Shown here in pieces: positions 20,523-31,036 of a stretch of DNA of 64,000 nucleotides. Position 1 is the first letter of the stretch; the number at the start of each line of letters is the position of its first letter. This stretch comes from Paludibacter sp. GTDB taxonomy: Bacteria; Bacteroidota; Bacteroidia; Bacteroidales; Paludibacteraceae. Made by a program: the position numbers and the translations under genes. The notes beneath the pieces are model-generated. The model ran no database searches, was not told the origin of the DNA, and saw only the letters and a list, made by a program, of their open reading frames with translations. Location: the NCBI GenBank assembly GCA_028691965.1, contig JAQUYE010000003.1, positions 6,713 through 70,712 on the forward strand, read 5' to 3'.

Positions 20523-21233
20523 GTGAATAAAGTTAATTATATCAACATTGGAGACTTAAATAACTTATTACTTAAAAAATTAAGTTCCTTACCAAGGAAT
20601 TTTGATTTAATAGTAGGATTACCTGAAAGTGGACTTATACCTGCTAACTTAATTGCTCTATATCTTAACCGGCCACTTACTGACTTATATTCGTTTATGA
20701 ATAGTCACATCTATTCTGCTGGAAAAAGAGGAGGTTATTTTGTAACACAGGAACTAAAAAGGGTTTTGATTGTAGATGATGTAGTGCAAAGCGGTGCTAC
20801 CATAAAAGCTACCAGAAAAGCCCTCATGCCTTTTGCCAACAACTACGACATAAGCTATTGTGCTGTTTATGTAGTTAAAGGAAAGGAAGCCGAGGTTGAT
20901 TATTATTTTGACACAATCGATATCCCCTTCTTCTCTCAATGGCATCTACTCAGGTATGGCATCAGAGAAAAAGCTCAATTCACACAACAGCTTCCACCTT
21001 ACTATACAAAACTTGAAGAATTTCCATTTCTATTGGCTCCTACAGCCATTCAGGCTGAAGCTACCTTCAAATTAACAGGGCAAGCTGTTTTGTCACTGTC
21101 AGATCTCACATTAATTGATAGTATGACCCTAACCTGGAAAAATGTAAAAAGTGGAAAACGCATTCCCGGATTCAGACTTCATGCCGTTCATTTAAAATAT
21201 CAACTACTTCGATTCTTCAAAAAGTTATTTTAA
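20523..21233 (+). CDS. Phosphoribosyltransferase-domain protein in the EPS locus (glycan ribofuranosyltransferase-like, phosphatase domain apparently missing)
   Basis: IVGLPESGLIPA and the PRPP-binding loop VLIVDDVVQSGATI; no DxD HAD motif downstream. Confidence 0.7.
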   Translation: MNKVNYINIGDLNNLLLKKLSSLPRNFDLIVGLPESGLIPANLIALYLNRPLTDLYSFMNSHIYSAGKRGGYFVTQELKRVLIVDDVVQSGATIKATRKALMPFANNYDISYCAVYVVKGKEAEVDYYFDTIDIPFFSQWHLLRYGIREKAQFTQQLPPYYTKLEEFPFLLAPTAIQAEATFKLTGQAVLSLSDLTLIDSMTLTWKNVKSGKRIPGFRLHAVHLKYQLLRFFKKLF

Positions 21234-21236
21234 TAT

Positions 21237-22421
21237 ATGTTAGAACTATTCTTTTGGCTGTGTGCCCTGGTTATTATTTATACCTATCTTGGATATGGAT
21301 TAGTTCTGTACCTGTTAGTACGATTGAAAAGAAGGAAAATAACCAAAGTGAGTCCTCCGATTAAGGTCGAAGATCTCCCTGAGATTACACTAATGGTGGC
21401 AGCATACAATGAAGTTAACTATGTAGACCTGAAAATGGAGAACTCCCTATCTTTGAACTATCCAGCCGAAAAACTTCATTTTATATGGGTTACAGATGGT
21501 TCGGATGATGGCACACCTGAGCTCTTACAGCAAAAATATCCAGGGGTAAAAGTGCTGCACCAAGCTGAGCGACAAGGGAAAATTGCTGCAATCAACAGAG
21601 CAGTTAGCTATGTAACCACACCTTATATCGTTTTCTCAGACGCCAACACACAACTAAGCATTGATTCCATTTTACGTATAGCTGCTCTGTTTAAAGATCC
21701 AACTGTAGGTTGTGTATCGGGAGAGAAAAGAATTATTACAGAGGATAAAGCTGCAGCAGCATCTGCCGGAGAAGGAATTTATTGGAAATACGAATCCACT
21801 CTTAAACGATGGGATGCCGAACTTTATTCTGCTGTCGGTGCTGCTGGAGAGTTATTTGCAGTACGAACTGAATTATTCAATCCTGTAGAAACTGACACAC
21901 TGCTCGATGATTTTGTGATTTCTCTACGAATAGCCATGAAAGGATATCGTATTGAGTACGATCCGGAAGCTTATGCTGCAGAATGGGCTTCCGAATCAAT
22001 TAAAGAAGAGTTAAAACGAAAAATCCGGATTGCCGCCGGAGGTATTCAATCTATAATACGCCTCTACCCTTTACTCAACATTTTCAAATATGGCATTCTT
22101 TCATTTCAATATATTTCACATCGGGTGTTACGATGGACTATTACACCGCTGCTGTTGCCGATTGTTCTTATAGTCAATATACTATTGGCCAATGATAGTT
22201 ATTTCTATACCATTCTACTTCTTCTTCAAGGTGTATTCTATCTTTGCGGATTAATCGGGCAACAATTGGAACATAGAAAGTTAAAAATAAAGCTTTTTTT
22301 TGTTCCTTACTACTTTTTATTTATGAATTACGCAGTTTTCTTAGGATTTTTCAGATATTTGCAGAACAAACAAAGCGTAAACTGGGAAAGAGCTAAACGC
22401 ATGGATCATAATCCAACGTAA
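21237..22421 (+). CDS. Membrane glycosyltransferase family 2
   Basis: AAYNE, DGSDDGT, FSDAN, LLDD, RKIRIAAGG, N- and C-terminal TM helices. Confidence 0.92.
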   Translation: MLELFFWLCALVIIYTYLGYGLVLYLLVRLKRRKITKVSPPIKVEDLPEITLMVAAYNEVNYVDLKMENSLSLNYPAEKLHFIWVTDGSDDGTPELLQQKYPGVKVLHQAERQGKIAAINRAVSYVTTPYIVFSDANTQLSIDSILRIAALFKDPTVGCVSGEKRIITEDKAAAASAGEGIYWKYESTLKRWDAELYSAVGAAGELFAVRTELFNPVETDTLLDDFVISLRIAMKGYRIEYDPEAYAAEWASESIKEELKRKIRIAAGGIQSIIRLYPLLNIFKYGILSFQYISHRVLRWTITPLLLPIVLIVNILLANDSYFYTILLLLQGVFYLCGLIGQQLEHRKLKIKLFFVPYYFLFMNYAVFLGFFRYLQNKQSVNWERAKRMDHNPT

Positions 22422-22430
22422 ATCAATATT

Positions 22431-23381
22431 ATGAAAAGAATTTTAGTCACTGGCGGAGCAGGTTTTATTGGCTCTCATCTGTGTGAACGATTACTTAACG
22501 ATGGAAATCAAATCATTTGTCTTGACAACTTTTTTACCGGAAGACCAAGGAATGTTGAACATTTAATTCAGAATCCTGATTTTGAACTAGTCGAGCATGA
22601 TGTAATACTTCCCTACACTAAAGAAGTTGATGAAGTATACAACCTTGCCTGCCCAGCCTCCCCTGTTCACTATCAATTCAATGCCATCAAAACTGCGAAA
22701 ACTAATTTCCTGGGAGCCATGAATATGCTTGGACTGGCAAAGAAATTTAATGCCAGGATTTTACAGGCTTCCACCAGCGAGGTATATGGAGATCCCAACC
22801 TACATCCTCAACCTGAAGAGTATTGGGGTAATGTAAATCCGGTTGGTTTTCGCTCATGTTACGATGAAGGAAAGCGTTGTGCTGAGACTTTATTTATGGA
22901 TTATTACCGTCAACACAATGTCAGGATTAAAATAATCCGGATTTTTAACACTTATGGCCCGAAGATGTTACCTAACGACGGACGAGTGGTATCCAACTTT
23001 ATTGTTCAAGCTCTTAAAGGTGATGACCTGACTATTTTTGGTTCTGGCAACCAGACAAGAAGTTTTCAATACGTTGATGATCTTGTTGAAGGTATGGTCA
23101 GAACAATGAACACACCTGAATATTTTACCGGCCCTATTAATCTTGGTAATCCTGTTGAATTTACGATGTTACAACTTGCTCAGAAGGTAATCGACCTCAC
23201 AGGTACTTCATCAAAATTAATATTCAAGCCATTACCTTCGGATGATCCTAAGCAAAGACAGCCAGATATATCACTAGCCCGCAAAATGCTTAAAGGGTGG
23301 GAACCGGCTATTCAACTGGAACAAGGACTTAGACAAACAATTAATTATTTTGAAAATGAATTAAAAGCCGGCAGATTATAA
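22431..23381 (+). CDS. uxs: UDP-glucuronate decarboxylase (UDP-xylose synthase)
   Basis: [45 protein letters not shown]. Confidence 0.93.
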   Translation: MKRILVTGGAGFIGSHLCERLLNDGNQIICLDNFFTGRPRNVEHLIQNPDFELVEHDVILPYTKEVDEVYNLACPASPVHYQFNAIKTAKTNFLGAMNMLGLAKKFNARILQASTSEVYGDPNLHPQPEEYWGNVNPVGFRSCYDEGKRCAETLFMDYYRQHNVRIKIIRIFNTYGPKMLPNDGRVVSNFIVQALKGDDLTIFGSGNQTRSFQYVDDLVEGMVRTMNTPEYFTGPINLGNPVEFTMLQLAQKVIDLTGTSSKLIFKPLPSDDPKQRQPDISLARKMLKGWEPAIQLEQGLRQTINYFENELKAGRL

Positions 23382-23410
23382 AATAATCAGTTTATCAATG
23401 ATGTATGAAA

Positions 23411-23944
23411 TTACAAAATCACCGACATTGGTACCAGGTCTGCCTTTTTACAATTAACCAATCCACGCTCAATAAGCACATTTAACTCATAAACTATATC
23501 AGAGTAATCCGAACGATTACCACAATAATATAATTCAGTCAACGGATGACGGTCACGTATATGGAGAATTAAATCATACATATGAGGTGGAGAAGACAAC
23601 TTGCTGTATTCTTCGTAGGTATAATTCAAGAAAGCAACCCGCTCATTGATCCCCCTGTTATCTAATAAAAAACCTTTAGTTAGCTGATGTGGCTTCATCA
23701 ATTTACCATTTGACATCAAATCTGAGGGAGCAGGATATGAAACTATACGAGTATGCGTTTCATTCATGATAACTGGAACAAGATCTGAATAATCACCCCT
23801 TGTTTTGTATATAACAGTAGGAGCAGTTGCCATCCATCCTGTAAGATACTCAGTAGATGGGCCTGTTTCAGTCAACGTTTTTTTTGTACCACACCCGATC
23901 ATAGCAACCCAAACTGCGATAAGTATAACCCTTAAAAATTTCAT
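23411..23944 (-). CDS. Hypothetical lipoprotein
   Basis: MKF-hydrophobic-MIGC lipobox; IVSYPAP and LLDNRGI segments. Confidence 0.7.
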   Translation of the reverse strand: MKFLRVILIAVWVAMIGCGTKKTLTETGPSTEYLTGWMATAPTVIYKTRGDYSDLVPVIMNETHTRIVSYPAPSDLMSNGKLMKPHQLTKGFLLDNRGINERVAFLNYTYEEYSKLSSPPHMYDLILHIRDRHPLTELYYCGNRSDYSDIVYELNVLIERGLVNCKKADLVPMSVIL

Positions 23945-23958
23945 TTGTACTAATTATT

Positions 23959-26466
23959 CTAGTTTTTTATAAAGCGCTTTTGCACTACTTCTCCCCTATC
24001 ATTTTCCGCTCTCAGAAAATAAACTCCAGGCATCAAATCACTCACAGGTATTTTCAATTGCATCTCTCCCTTCGTAAGTTTGTATACTACCCTTTTCCCA
24101 TCTATTGAATATATTGAAACGGATTCCTTTAAAGAAGGCAATTCGATTTCTAATATATCGCTTACCGGATTGGGATACAACACAAGATTCTCAGATTCAT
24201 TGTTTACAATAGAAGTGCCAACATTATCAGAAAGTGTAAATGGTATCATTGAAAAAGCTTGTGGATCAAGTCTTTTCCATTGATTCAACTCGTTTTTATA
24301 ATACAACGCAATTTTATAACTGCCATTCTCTAAAGCAATCTCACCTGTAAAATAGATGGTCGCTTTTTCCTGAGTGTCAATTACTACCTGCTGAGGACCA
24401 AGATAAGCTATTGACATTCCTAAGTCCGGATTGAAGATAAATGCTATTAATTCGTTATCAAAAACACCTCCCGTATTTTGAATAGTTGTCTTTAATGACG
24501 CCTGATTTTTAAAGACTGATCCATTATCCGGAAATGCAATTACTTCAGTAAGCGTTAATGCCGGAGGTAAAACAGGTTCTGTATTTACGATTACTTTTAT
24601 AGGGGTTCCTATTGATTGAAATACCGGCTCATCATAATTATTGGCACCATCCATTAACACCGACATCCAGTACTCTCCTGCTGAAACACTAACCAACTCT
24701 CTAAATTCTATGGTTTTAGTTTCTCCATTAATAATATTAATCAATTCTGCAGAGGATTCAAGCGATCCTCCTGTGCTCACAGGAGTAAGTTTCACTTTAA
24801 CTGAAGAATTATATTCAAGACCACTGTTACTTAGTGTTACATTAAATCTACCGGTTTTATTTTCATAAAGATTACCATTGGTTGATAACTCCACTACTTC
24901 CAACAAAGAAGTTGAGGGCTCTGTCAAAGACAAAAACGCACTATCAGCCGTAAGCCGTAGTTGTAGTTCGCCGGGAACTCCAACCTTCACAGGAATTGAC
25001 ATCCAGCTCGATTGATTTAAAGCCTTCATTATTGGTTTAATAGAATACGTACCAACTGGTATGTTTTGAGAGATTGATAATGAATTAAAAGGTAGCAAAT
25101 TATAACCAAAATAAGATCCCAATTGAACAGATTGATAAGAACTAAGTACTCCTACAAAAGATGACCCATTATATAATCCTACTCCGAATTGAACCGTTAC
25201 AGTCCAGAGACCTCTGTTAAACACTTCTTTAAATGCCAGATTAAAACCTTCTGTTCTTTTAAAGGCCGTACGATTAGCTTCAGGAGTGTTACCTGAATAT
25301 ATCGATAAGCGAGGTTGACTGCTTGCATTAGGCTTCTCTATACCATATGTAATCTGTTGATGATAATTATAGCCTCCAATTCCTCCACCCGTACCCAAAC
25401 TTTCAGGATTTAAGGCTGTAAGTGCAAAGTATCCGTCAGACATGCCTCCCCACCCCCAGTTAAAATGCAGGTACCCATTCTGATCAACCCCGTCACACAC
25501 CCACAAATGTCCACTATTATCAGTACTTGATCCCGAATAAAGCACTGGTCTTGCGGCATAGAGCTCATCCAAAATAAGTTGATGCCAATCCTGTCGGTTG
25601 TAGTAATTCCGATCTGCCAACTAGATATTCTCATCATAATTAAAGTGTTCGTGTAAAGCTCTCCCCATCTCAGTAACAGATGCTCCACTGGAGGTGTTAT
25701 AGTCCATATTAACAGCTACACCACAATGATACATTAAAGTTGCAACTGCTTGCCGCTCGTCTTCACTACTTGAATTACTGTAAGTTGGAGTCATCATATT
25801 CCAATTGTAGGTTGTCTGCGAAAAATCGACAGACAAAGGAATATTGAGTGTATGAGTTGAATAACTATTCTGTCCGTTTCCTTGCACAGGCCATTGGTAA
25901 TAACGCATCACCTGAGCCATTCCTGTAGCAACACATCCTGTAACTGCACGGGCGTTATTAGAATCAATTTCAGGACATTGCAAATTATAAGGGTCTCCCT
26001 GATTCCATTTAATACTACCCAATAAAGGTGCAACAGTTTGATAGGTTGAATAACCTGGAGTAGTCCGTCCTATATTGACATCAGCTTGACGAACAAGTCT
26101 GATTTCATTCTCGTAAACAGATAACCAATACCTCAAATTGTCAGGTATTTTGTTTGAAAGTAAAGACTCGTTAGTTGAGTATGCTAAAACATCACGTGCA
26201 CGCTGGTCGCCGGATATAATTATATAGCCCTGATTATTAGCAACATTAAACACATAATAAAAAGGTGATTGTTGAACGGAATTACTCAACTCTACGTATT
26301 CCAGCATGGATAAGCTATTCGCTGGTGCAACTCTTTGTTGTTGCAAACTAACGTGTTCAATAAAACCGGCGGCAAGTGATTTTGCTTCTCCTAAATCCCT
26401 CACTTGAGCTTGTAAACGCCAACTTGTAATTAATAATATAAAAACAATAAAGAATCTGAACCGCAT
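23959..26466 (-). pseudogene. C10 (streptopain/SpeB-like) cysteine protease with propeptide, Ig-like domains and T9SS CTD, interrupted by one in-frame TAG at 25621-25623
   Basis: ORFs 25621..26532 and 23959..25620 are in the same frame and read YDENI*LADRNYY. Catalytic Cys (TGCVAT) is before the stop; His (GHLWVCDG), HFNWGWGG and the CTD (LYPNPV...GVYFL...KRFIKN) are after it. Confidence 0.85.
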
Positions 26467-26529
26467 AGTTATAAAATAAAATGAATGGAGGTTAAGGCTG
26501 ACGTTTAATCGGCAATAAAAGATGAATGA

Positions 26530-26621
26530 CAAAAGTAGAAAAATTTTGATATCCTGAATAGTTTATCCACAGTTTTAACTGTATTAACACATTTCAAATA
26601 TAAAAAATAAGACTACCTTTG
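26530..26621. promoter_or_regulatory. Divergent promoters for the C10 protease (-, TACTTTTG 26530-26537) and glycogen synthase (+, TACCTTTG 26614-26621)
   Basis: Two TAnnTTTG matches facing outward. Confidence 0.65.
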
Positions 26622-26638
26622 TATTCAATTATTACACT

Positions 26639-28291
26639 ATGACACAGAACATAAAAGAACCTGAATATATTTTTGAAAGTAGCTGGGAAGTATGCAATAT
26701 GGTTGGAGGCATATATACTGTACTATCAACACGAGCGGCTACCTTGATAGATAAAAAAGGAAATAATCTTATATTCGTTGGACCAGATGTGTGGGCTGAA
26801 CATGAATCACCCTACTTCAACGAAGATTCAAATCTCCTGATGGATTTACCTGCCTATATTTTTAGCAGGTACGGTCTACACATTCGAACCGGCCGATGGT
26901 CAATCCCTGGTAGTCCAATTGCAATTTTAGTAGATTTCTATCCTTTATTAGAACAGAAAAACGATATTTATGCCAGGGTATGGGAAACTTCAGGTGTCAA
27001 TTCAATGGCAGCTTACGGAGATTATGATGAATCCTCTATGTTTGGCTATGCCAGTGGAATGGTGATTGAAGGTTATTGTAACTATTTTTCAATTCCAAAA
27101 GAAACACCCATTGTGGCTCATTTTAACGAATGGATGACTACTTTTGGGTTATTCTACCTACAGCATTCAAAACCAGAAATCGCTACAATATTCACAACTC
27201 ATGCCACCTCCATCGGACGTTCAATAGCAGGCAATCATAAACCCTTGTACGATTACCTCACGGAGTATAATGGAGATCAGATGGCTAATGAGTTAAATAT
27301 GACTTCTAAACATTCGACCGAGAAACAAGCAGCACATCTTTCAGACTGTTTTACAACAGTTAGTAAAATAACAGCTCTTGAATGTATACAATTACTCGAC
27401 AAACAACCTGATGTAATTACACCTAACGGATTTGAAGATGACTTCGTACCTACAGGCAACACATTTAATGCTAAAAGAAAATCTGCACGTAAATTACTAA
27501 AACAGGTTGCAGAAACGTTAACAGGTGAAACCTTAAACGAAGATGCTCTTTTTGTAGGCACAGCCGGAAGATATGAATACAAAAACAAAGGATTAGATGT
27601 GTTTATTGAAGCATTAAAGCATCTTAATGATGATAAATCTACTAACAGGCAGGTAGTTGCCTTTATAATGGTGCCTGCCTGGATACAAGGTCACCGAACC
27701 GATCTGGCACAAAGTCTGCACCACGAACAGCCCTTACACGCTTACAACAGAATCACTACGCATGAACTTCACAACTATTCAGGTGACCCTGTTATAAGCG
27801 CCCTTGACTGGTTTCATCTTCACAATCATCCTCACGACAATGTAAAAGTGGTATTTGTGCCTGCCTATCTTAACGGTAAAGATGGCATTTTTGATCTTCC
27901 TTATTACGATTTACTAATCGGATTAGACTTAACCGTCTTTGCATCCTATTATGAACCATGGGGATATACACCTCTTGAAAGTGTTGCCTTCCACGTTCCA
28001 ACTATTACTACCGATCTATCCGGATTTGGCGAATGGGTAAATGACCAACCGCAGCATATCCGGAATGGAGTTGGTATAATTCACCGTTCCGATTACAACG
28101 GACACGAAGTTGCTATGCAAATAGCCCAAATGATACATGATTTCATCCTGGAAGATAAACAAACAATTATAACAATTCGTAAAAAAGCAGCGGCAATTGC
28201 TAAAAAAGCTCTATGGGGAAACTTTATTAAATTCTATGAGAGTGCCTATTCCATTGCCTTAAACAACGCTTCTGAACGCAATAAAAATTAA
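26639..28291 (+). CDS. Glycogen synthase, GT3 (eukaryote-like) family
   Basis: FESSWEVCNMVGGIYTV, HFNEW, TTHATSIGR, GRYEYKNKG, SYYEPWGYTPLE. Confidence 0.9.
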   Translation: MTQNIKEPEYIFESSWEVCNMVGGIYTVLSTRAATLIDKKGNNLIFVGPDVWAEHESPYFNEDSNLLMDLPAYIFSRYGLHIRTGRWSIPGSPIAILVDFYPLLEQKNDIYARVWETSGVNSMAAYGDYDESSMFGYASGMVIEGYCNYFSIPKETPIVAHFNEWMTTFGLFYLQHSKPEIATIFTTHATSIGRSIAGNHKPLYDYLTEYNGDQMANELNMTSKHSTEKQAAHLSDCFTTVSKITALECIQLLDKQPDVITPNGFEDDFVPTGNTFNAKRKSARKLLKQVAETLTGETLNEDALFVGTAGRYEYKNKGLDVFIEALKHLNDDKSTNRQVVAFIMVPAWIQGHRTDLAQSLHHEQPLHAYNRITTHELHNYSGDPVISALDWFHLHNHPHDNVKVVFVPAYLNGKDGIFDLPYYDLLIGLDLTVFASYYEPWGYTPLESVAFHVPTITTDLSGFGEWVNDQPQHIRNGVGIIHRSDYNGHEVAMQIAQMIHDFILEDKQTIITIRKKAAAIAKKALWGNFIKFYESAYSIALNNASERNKN

Positions 28292-28358
28292 TGCAATCGT
28301 TTGCTTAGCTCAACTCAAAGTATGCTGTATAACATAGTATTAAATAAAAAAAACGTCG

Positions 28359-28366
28359 TATATTTG
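28359..28366 (+). promoter_or_regulatory. -7 promoter element (TATATTTG) for glgP
   Basis: TAnnTTTG match 54 nt before ATG 28420. Confidence 0.6.
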
Positions 28367-28419
28367 CATACGATATTATAAAACATTTATTTGAATCATC
28401 TTTGAACTCAAAAATAGTT

Positions 28420-30981
28420 ATGAAAATTAAAACAAATCACGTTAACGAGACCAACTGGAGAGAGCTTAATGTAACCTCCAACCTTCCCGAAAGCTTAAAG
28501 AAGCTGGAAGAATTGGCACATAATCTTTGGTGGGTTTGGAATAGTGACGCAAAACAACTTTTCCGCACACTGAGCGCAGAAGCATGGAAAGAGGCCGGTT
28601 CAAATCCAGTTCAGATGTTGAATATATTAACTCACGAAGAATTAATTGATCTGGCAAACAACAAAGAGTTTATAACAAAACTCGATACAATATATGCACA
28701 CTTTCAGGAATATATCAACACTCCGCTTAACAAAGAAAAACCTTCAGTAGCCTATTTCAGTATGGAATACGGACTAACGGAGGTATTAAAGATTTACTCC
28801 GGAGGATTGGGAGTTCTTGCGGGTGACTATTTAAAAGAAGCCAGCGACTGCGCTATAGACATGTCAGCGATCGGCTTCCTTTATCGCTATGGCTATTTCA
28901 CTCAATCACTCTCCGTTGAAGGACAACAGGTTCCTATTTACGAGCCTCAGAATTTCAACTCATTACCCATCAAACAATTAAAAGATAGTAACGACCAACC
29001 TATAATTGTAGAAGTACCTTACCCCGGACGCATAGTGTACGCACAGGTCTGGAAGGCATCTGTAGGACGCATCAACTTATATCTCCTGGACACTGACCAT
29101 GACATGAACAGTGAGTTTGACCGTCCAATAACCCATCAGCTATACGGAGGAGATTGGGAAAACAGATTAAAACAGGAAATAATGTTAGGTATAGGTGGTA
29201 TCCTTACCTTGCAGAAGTTAGGCATACAAAAACAAGTGTACCATTGTAACGAGGGACACGCAGCACTTATTAACGTACAACGCTTATCTGACTATATTTC
29301 TGAAGGATTAAACTTCAATCAGGCAATTGAAGTTGTTCGTTCCAGTTCTTTATACACCGTTCACACCCCTGTACCTGCCGGACATGATAGTTTTGAAGAA
29401 GGACTCTTCCACAAATACATGTCCGACTACCCTGCTAAACTACAAATAAGCTGGGATGAATTTATGGATATGGGACGCGAACATCCTGGTAATAAAGAAG
29501 AAAAGTTCTCCATGAGTGCATTTGCGTGCAATGCCAGTCAGGAAGTAAACGGTGTAAGCTGGTTACATGGAAAAGTTTCACAGGAGATGTTCAATCCGAT
29601 CTGGAAAGGCTACTTCCCTGAAGAACTTCACGTAAGCTATGTTACTAATGGCGTTCACCTCCCTACATGGACTGCAAGTGAGTGGAAAAAAGTATACGAA
29701 AAATATTTTAGTCCCGAGTTCTATAACGACCAGTCTAATATGAAAATATGGAATGCTGTCTACGATATCCCTGACCAGGTTATCTGGGAGACCCGCATGT
29801 TCATGAAGAACAGGCTGGTTGAATTCATCAAAAATCAATTCCGCGAAAACTGGCTTAAGAACCAGGGAGACCCTTCCAGGATTGTAAACATTCTGGAATC
29901 AATTAATCCAAAAGCATTAATCATAGGCTTTGGTCGCCGTTTTGCCACGTATAAACGTGCTCATTTATTATTCACCGACCTCGAACGCCTTGAACGTATT
30001 GTCAACAATCCTCATCGTCCAGTTCAATTTCTTTTCACAGGAAAAGCACACCCTGCTGACGGAGCCGGACAAGGGTTAATTCGCAGGATAATTGAAATCT
30101 CACGCATGCCTCAGTTCCTTGGTAAAGTTATTTTCCTGGAGAATTATGATATGCGTTTGGCTAAACGATTAATATCGGGCGTTGACATTTGGTTAAACAC
30201 ACCTACCCGTCCGCTTGAAGCATCAGGCACATCAGGTGAAAAGGCTCAGATGAATGGAGTTCTTAATTTCTCAGTTCTTGATGGCTGGTGGTTGGAAGGA
30301 TATGTAAAAGGGGCTGGATGGGCTCTGACAGACAAACGTACCTACGAAAATCAGGAACATCAGGACCAGCTGGATGCTGCAACATTGTATAGCATGCTAG
30401 AGAATGAAATAGTACCTATGTATTTTGCTAAAAACACAAAGGGCTATTCTACCGAATGGATACAATACATTAAAAACTCTATTGCTCAGATTACTCCTCG
30501 TTTTACAACTAAAAGAATGATTGACGATTATGTAAATCGTTTTTACACCAAACTTGCAAAGAGAAGTTCAATTCTGAAGGAGAATAATTTTGCCAAAGCC
30601 AGAGAAATTTCAGAATGGAAACAAGAAATGGCTCAAAAGTGGGATCAGATTGAAGTTGTTAACGTCAGTCAAATTGACCACTCACACGAAGAGCCTCATG
30701 TTGGACAAGGCACAACCCTTAACGTAGAGATTGATACTAAAGACCTACACAATAAAGGCATTGGAGTAGAATTAGTTATCACACGCTTAACGAAAAACAA
30801 CAAAGAGCAGCTATACGACGTAGAAGAATTGCAATTAGTTAAGACCGAAGGGAGTCATCTGTTCTTTAGTCTTGATTATGTTATGAATCGTGCAGGTAAC
30901 TTCAAATATGCCTATCGTATGTTCCCGAAAAATGAGGATCTACCACATCGTCAGGATTTCTGTTACGTTAGATGGTTATAA
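28420..30981 (+). CDS. glgP: Alpha-glucan (glycogen) phosphorylase, GT35
   Basis: [34 protein letters not shown]-binding EASGTSGEK. Confidence 0.95.
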   Translation: MKIKTNHVNETNWRELNVTSNLPESLKKLEELAHNLWWVWNSDAKQLFRTLSAEAWKEAGSNPVQMLNILTHEELIDLANNKEFITKLDTIYAHFQEYINTPLNKEKPSVAYFSMEYGLTEVLKIYSGGLGVLAGDYLKEASDCAIDMSAIGFLYRYGYFTQSLSVEGQQVPIYEPQNFNSLPIKQLKDSNDQPIIVEVPYPGRIVYAQVWKASVGRINLYLLDTDHDMNSEFDRPITHQLYGGDWENRLKQEIMLGIGGILTLQKLGIQKQVYHCNEGHAALINVQRLSDYISEGLNFNQAIEVVRSSSLYTVHTPVPAGHDSFEEGLFHKYMSDYPAKLQISWDEFMDMGREHPGNKEEKFSMSAFACNASQEVNGVSWLHGKVSQEMFNPIWKGYFPEELHVSYVTNGVHLPTWTASEWKKVYEKYFSPEFYNDQSNMKIWNAVYDIPDQVIWETRMFMKNRLVEFIKNQFRENWLKNQGDPSRIVNILESINPKALIIGFGRRFATYKRAHLLFTDLERLERIVNNPHRPVQFLFTGKAHPADGAGQGLIRRIIEISRMPQFLGKVIFLENYDMRLAKRLISGVDIWLNTPTRPLEASGTSGEKAQMNGVLNFSVLDGWWLEGYVKGAGWALTDKRTYENQEHQDQLDAATLYSMLENEIVPMYFAKNTKGYSTEWIQYIKNSIAQITPRFTTKRMIDDYVNRFYTKLAKRSSILKENNFAKAREISEWKQEMAQKWDQIEVVNVSQIDHSHEEPHVGQGTTLNVEIDTKDLHNKGIGVELVITRLTKNNKEQLYDVEELQLVKTEGSHLFFSLDYVMNRAGNFKYAYRMFPKNEDLPHRQDFCYVRWL

Positions 30982-30997
30982 ACAAAAAAAACACTCA

Positions 30998-31034
30998 TAA
31001 AAAAAGCTGCTTTTTAGTAAGGCAGCTTTTTTTA
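30998..31034. terminator. Bidirectional intrinsic terminator between glgP and tgt
   Basis: AAAAAAAGCTGC-loop-GCAGCTTTTTTT between convergent genes. Confidence 0.85.
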
Positions 31035-31036
31035 TA

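Noticed and set aside
25621-25623. Genome-wide TAG reassignment or pyrrolysine decoding as the explanation for the in-frame TAG
   Set aside because: TAG is a normal stop for several genes here (518-520, 23959-23961, 34893-34895, 42790-42792). No pyl genes are present, and the corrinoid methyltransferases have no internal TAG.
25410-25688. Alternative-frame 92-aa ORF spanning the protease stop, as a frameshift bypass
   Set aside because: The two protease halves are already in the same frame, and this ORF has no C10 motifs
26533-26638. Replication origin
   Set aside because: Only one perfect DnaA box in about 100 nt, with no box array or dnaA-region genes
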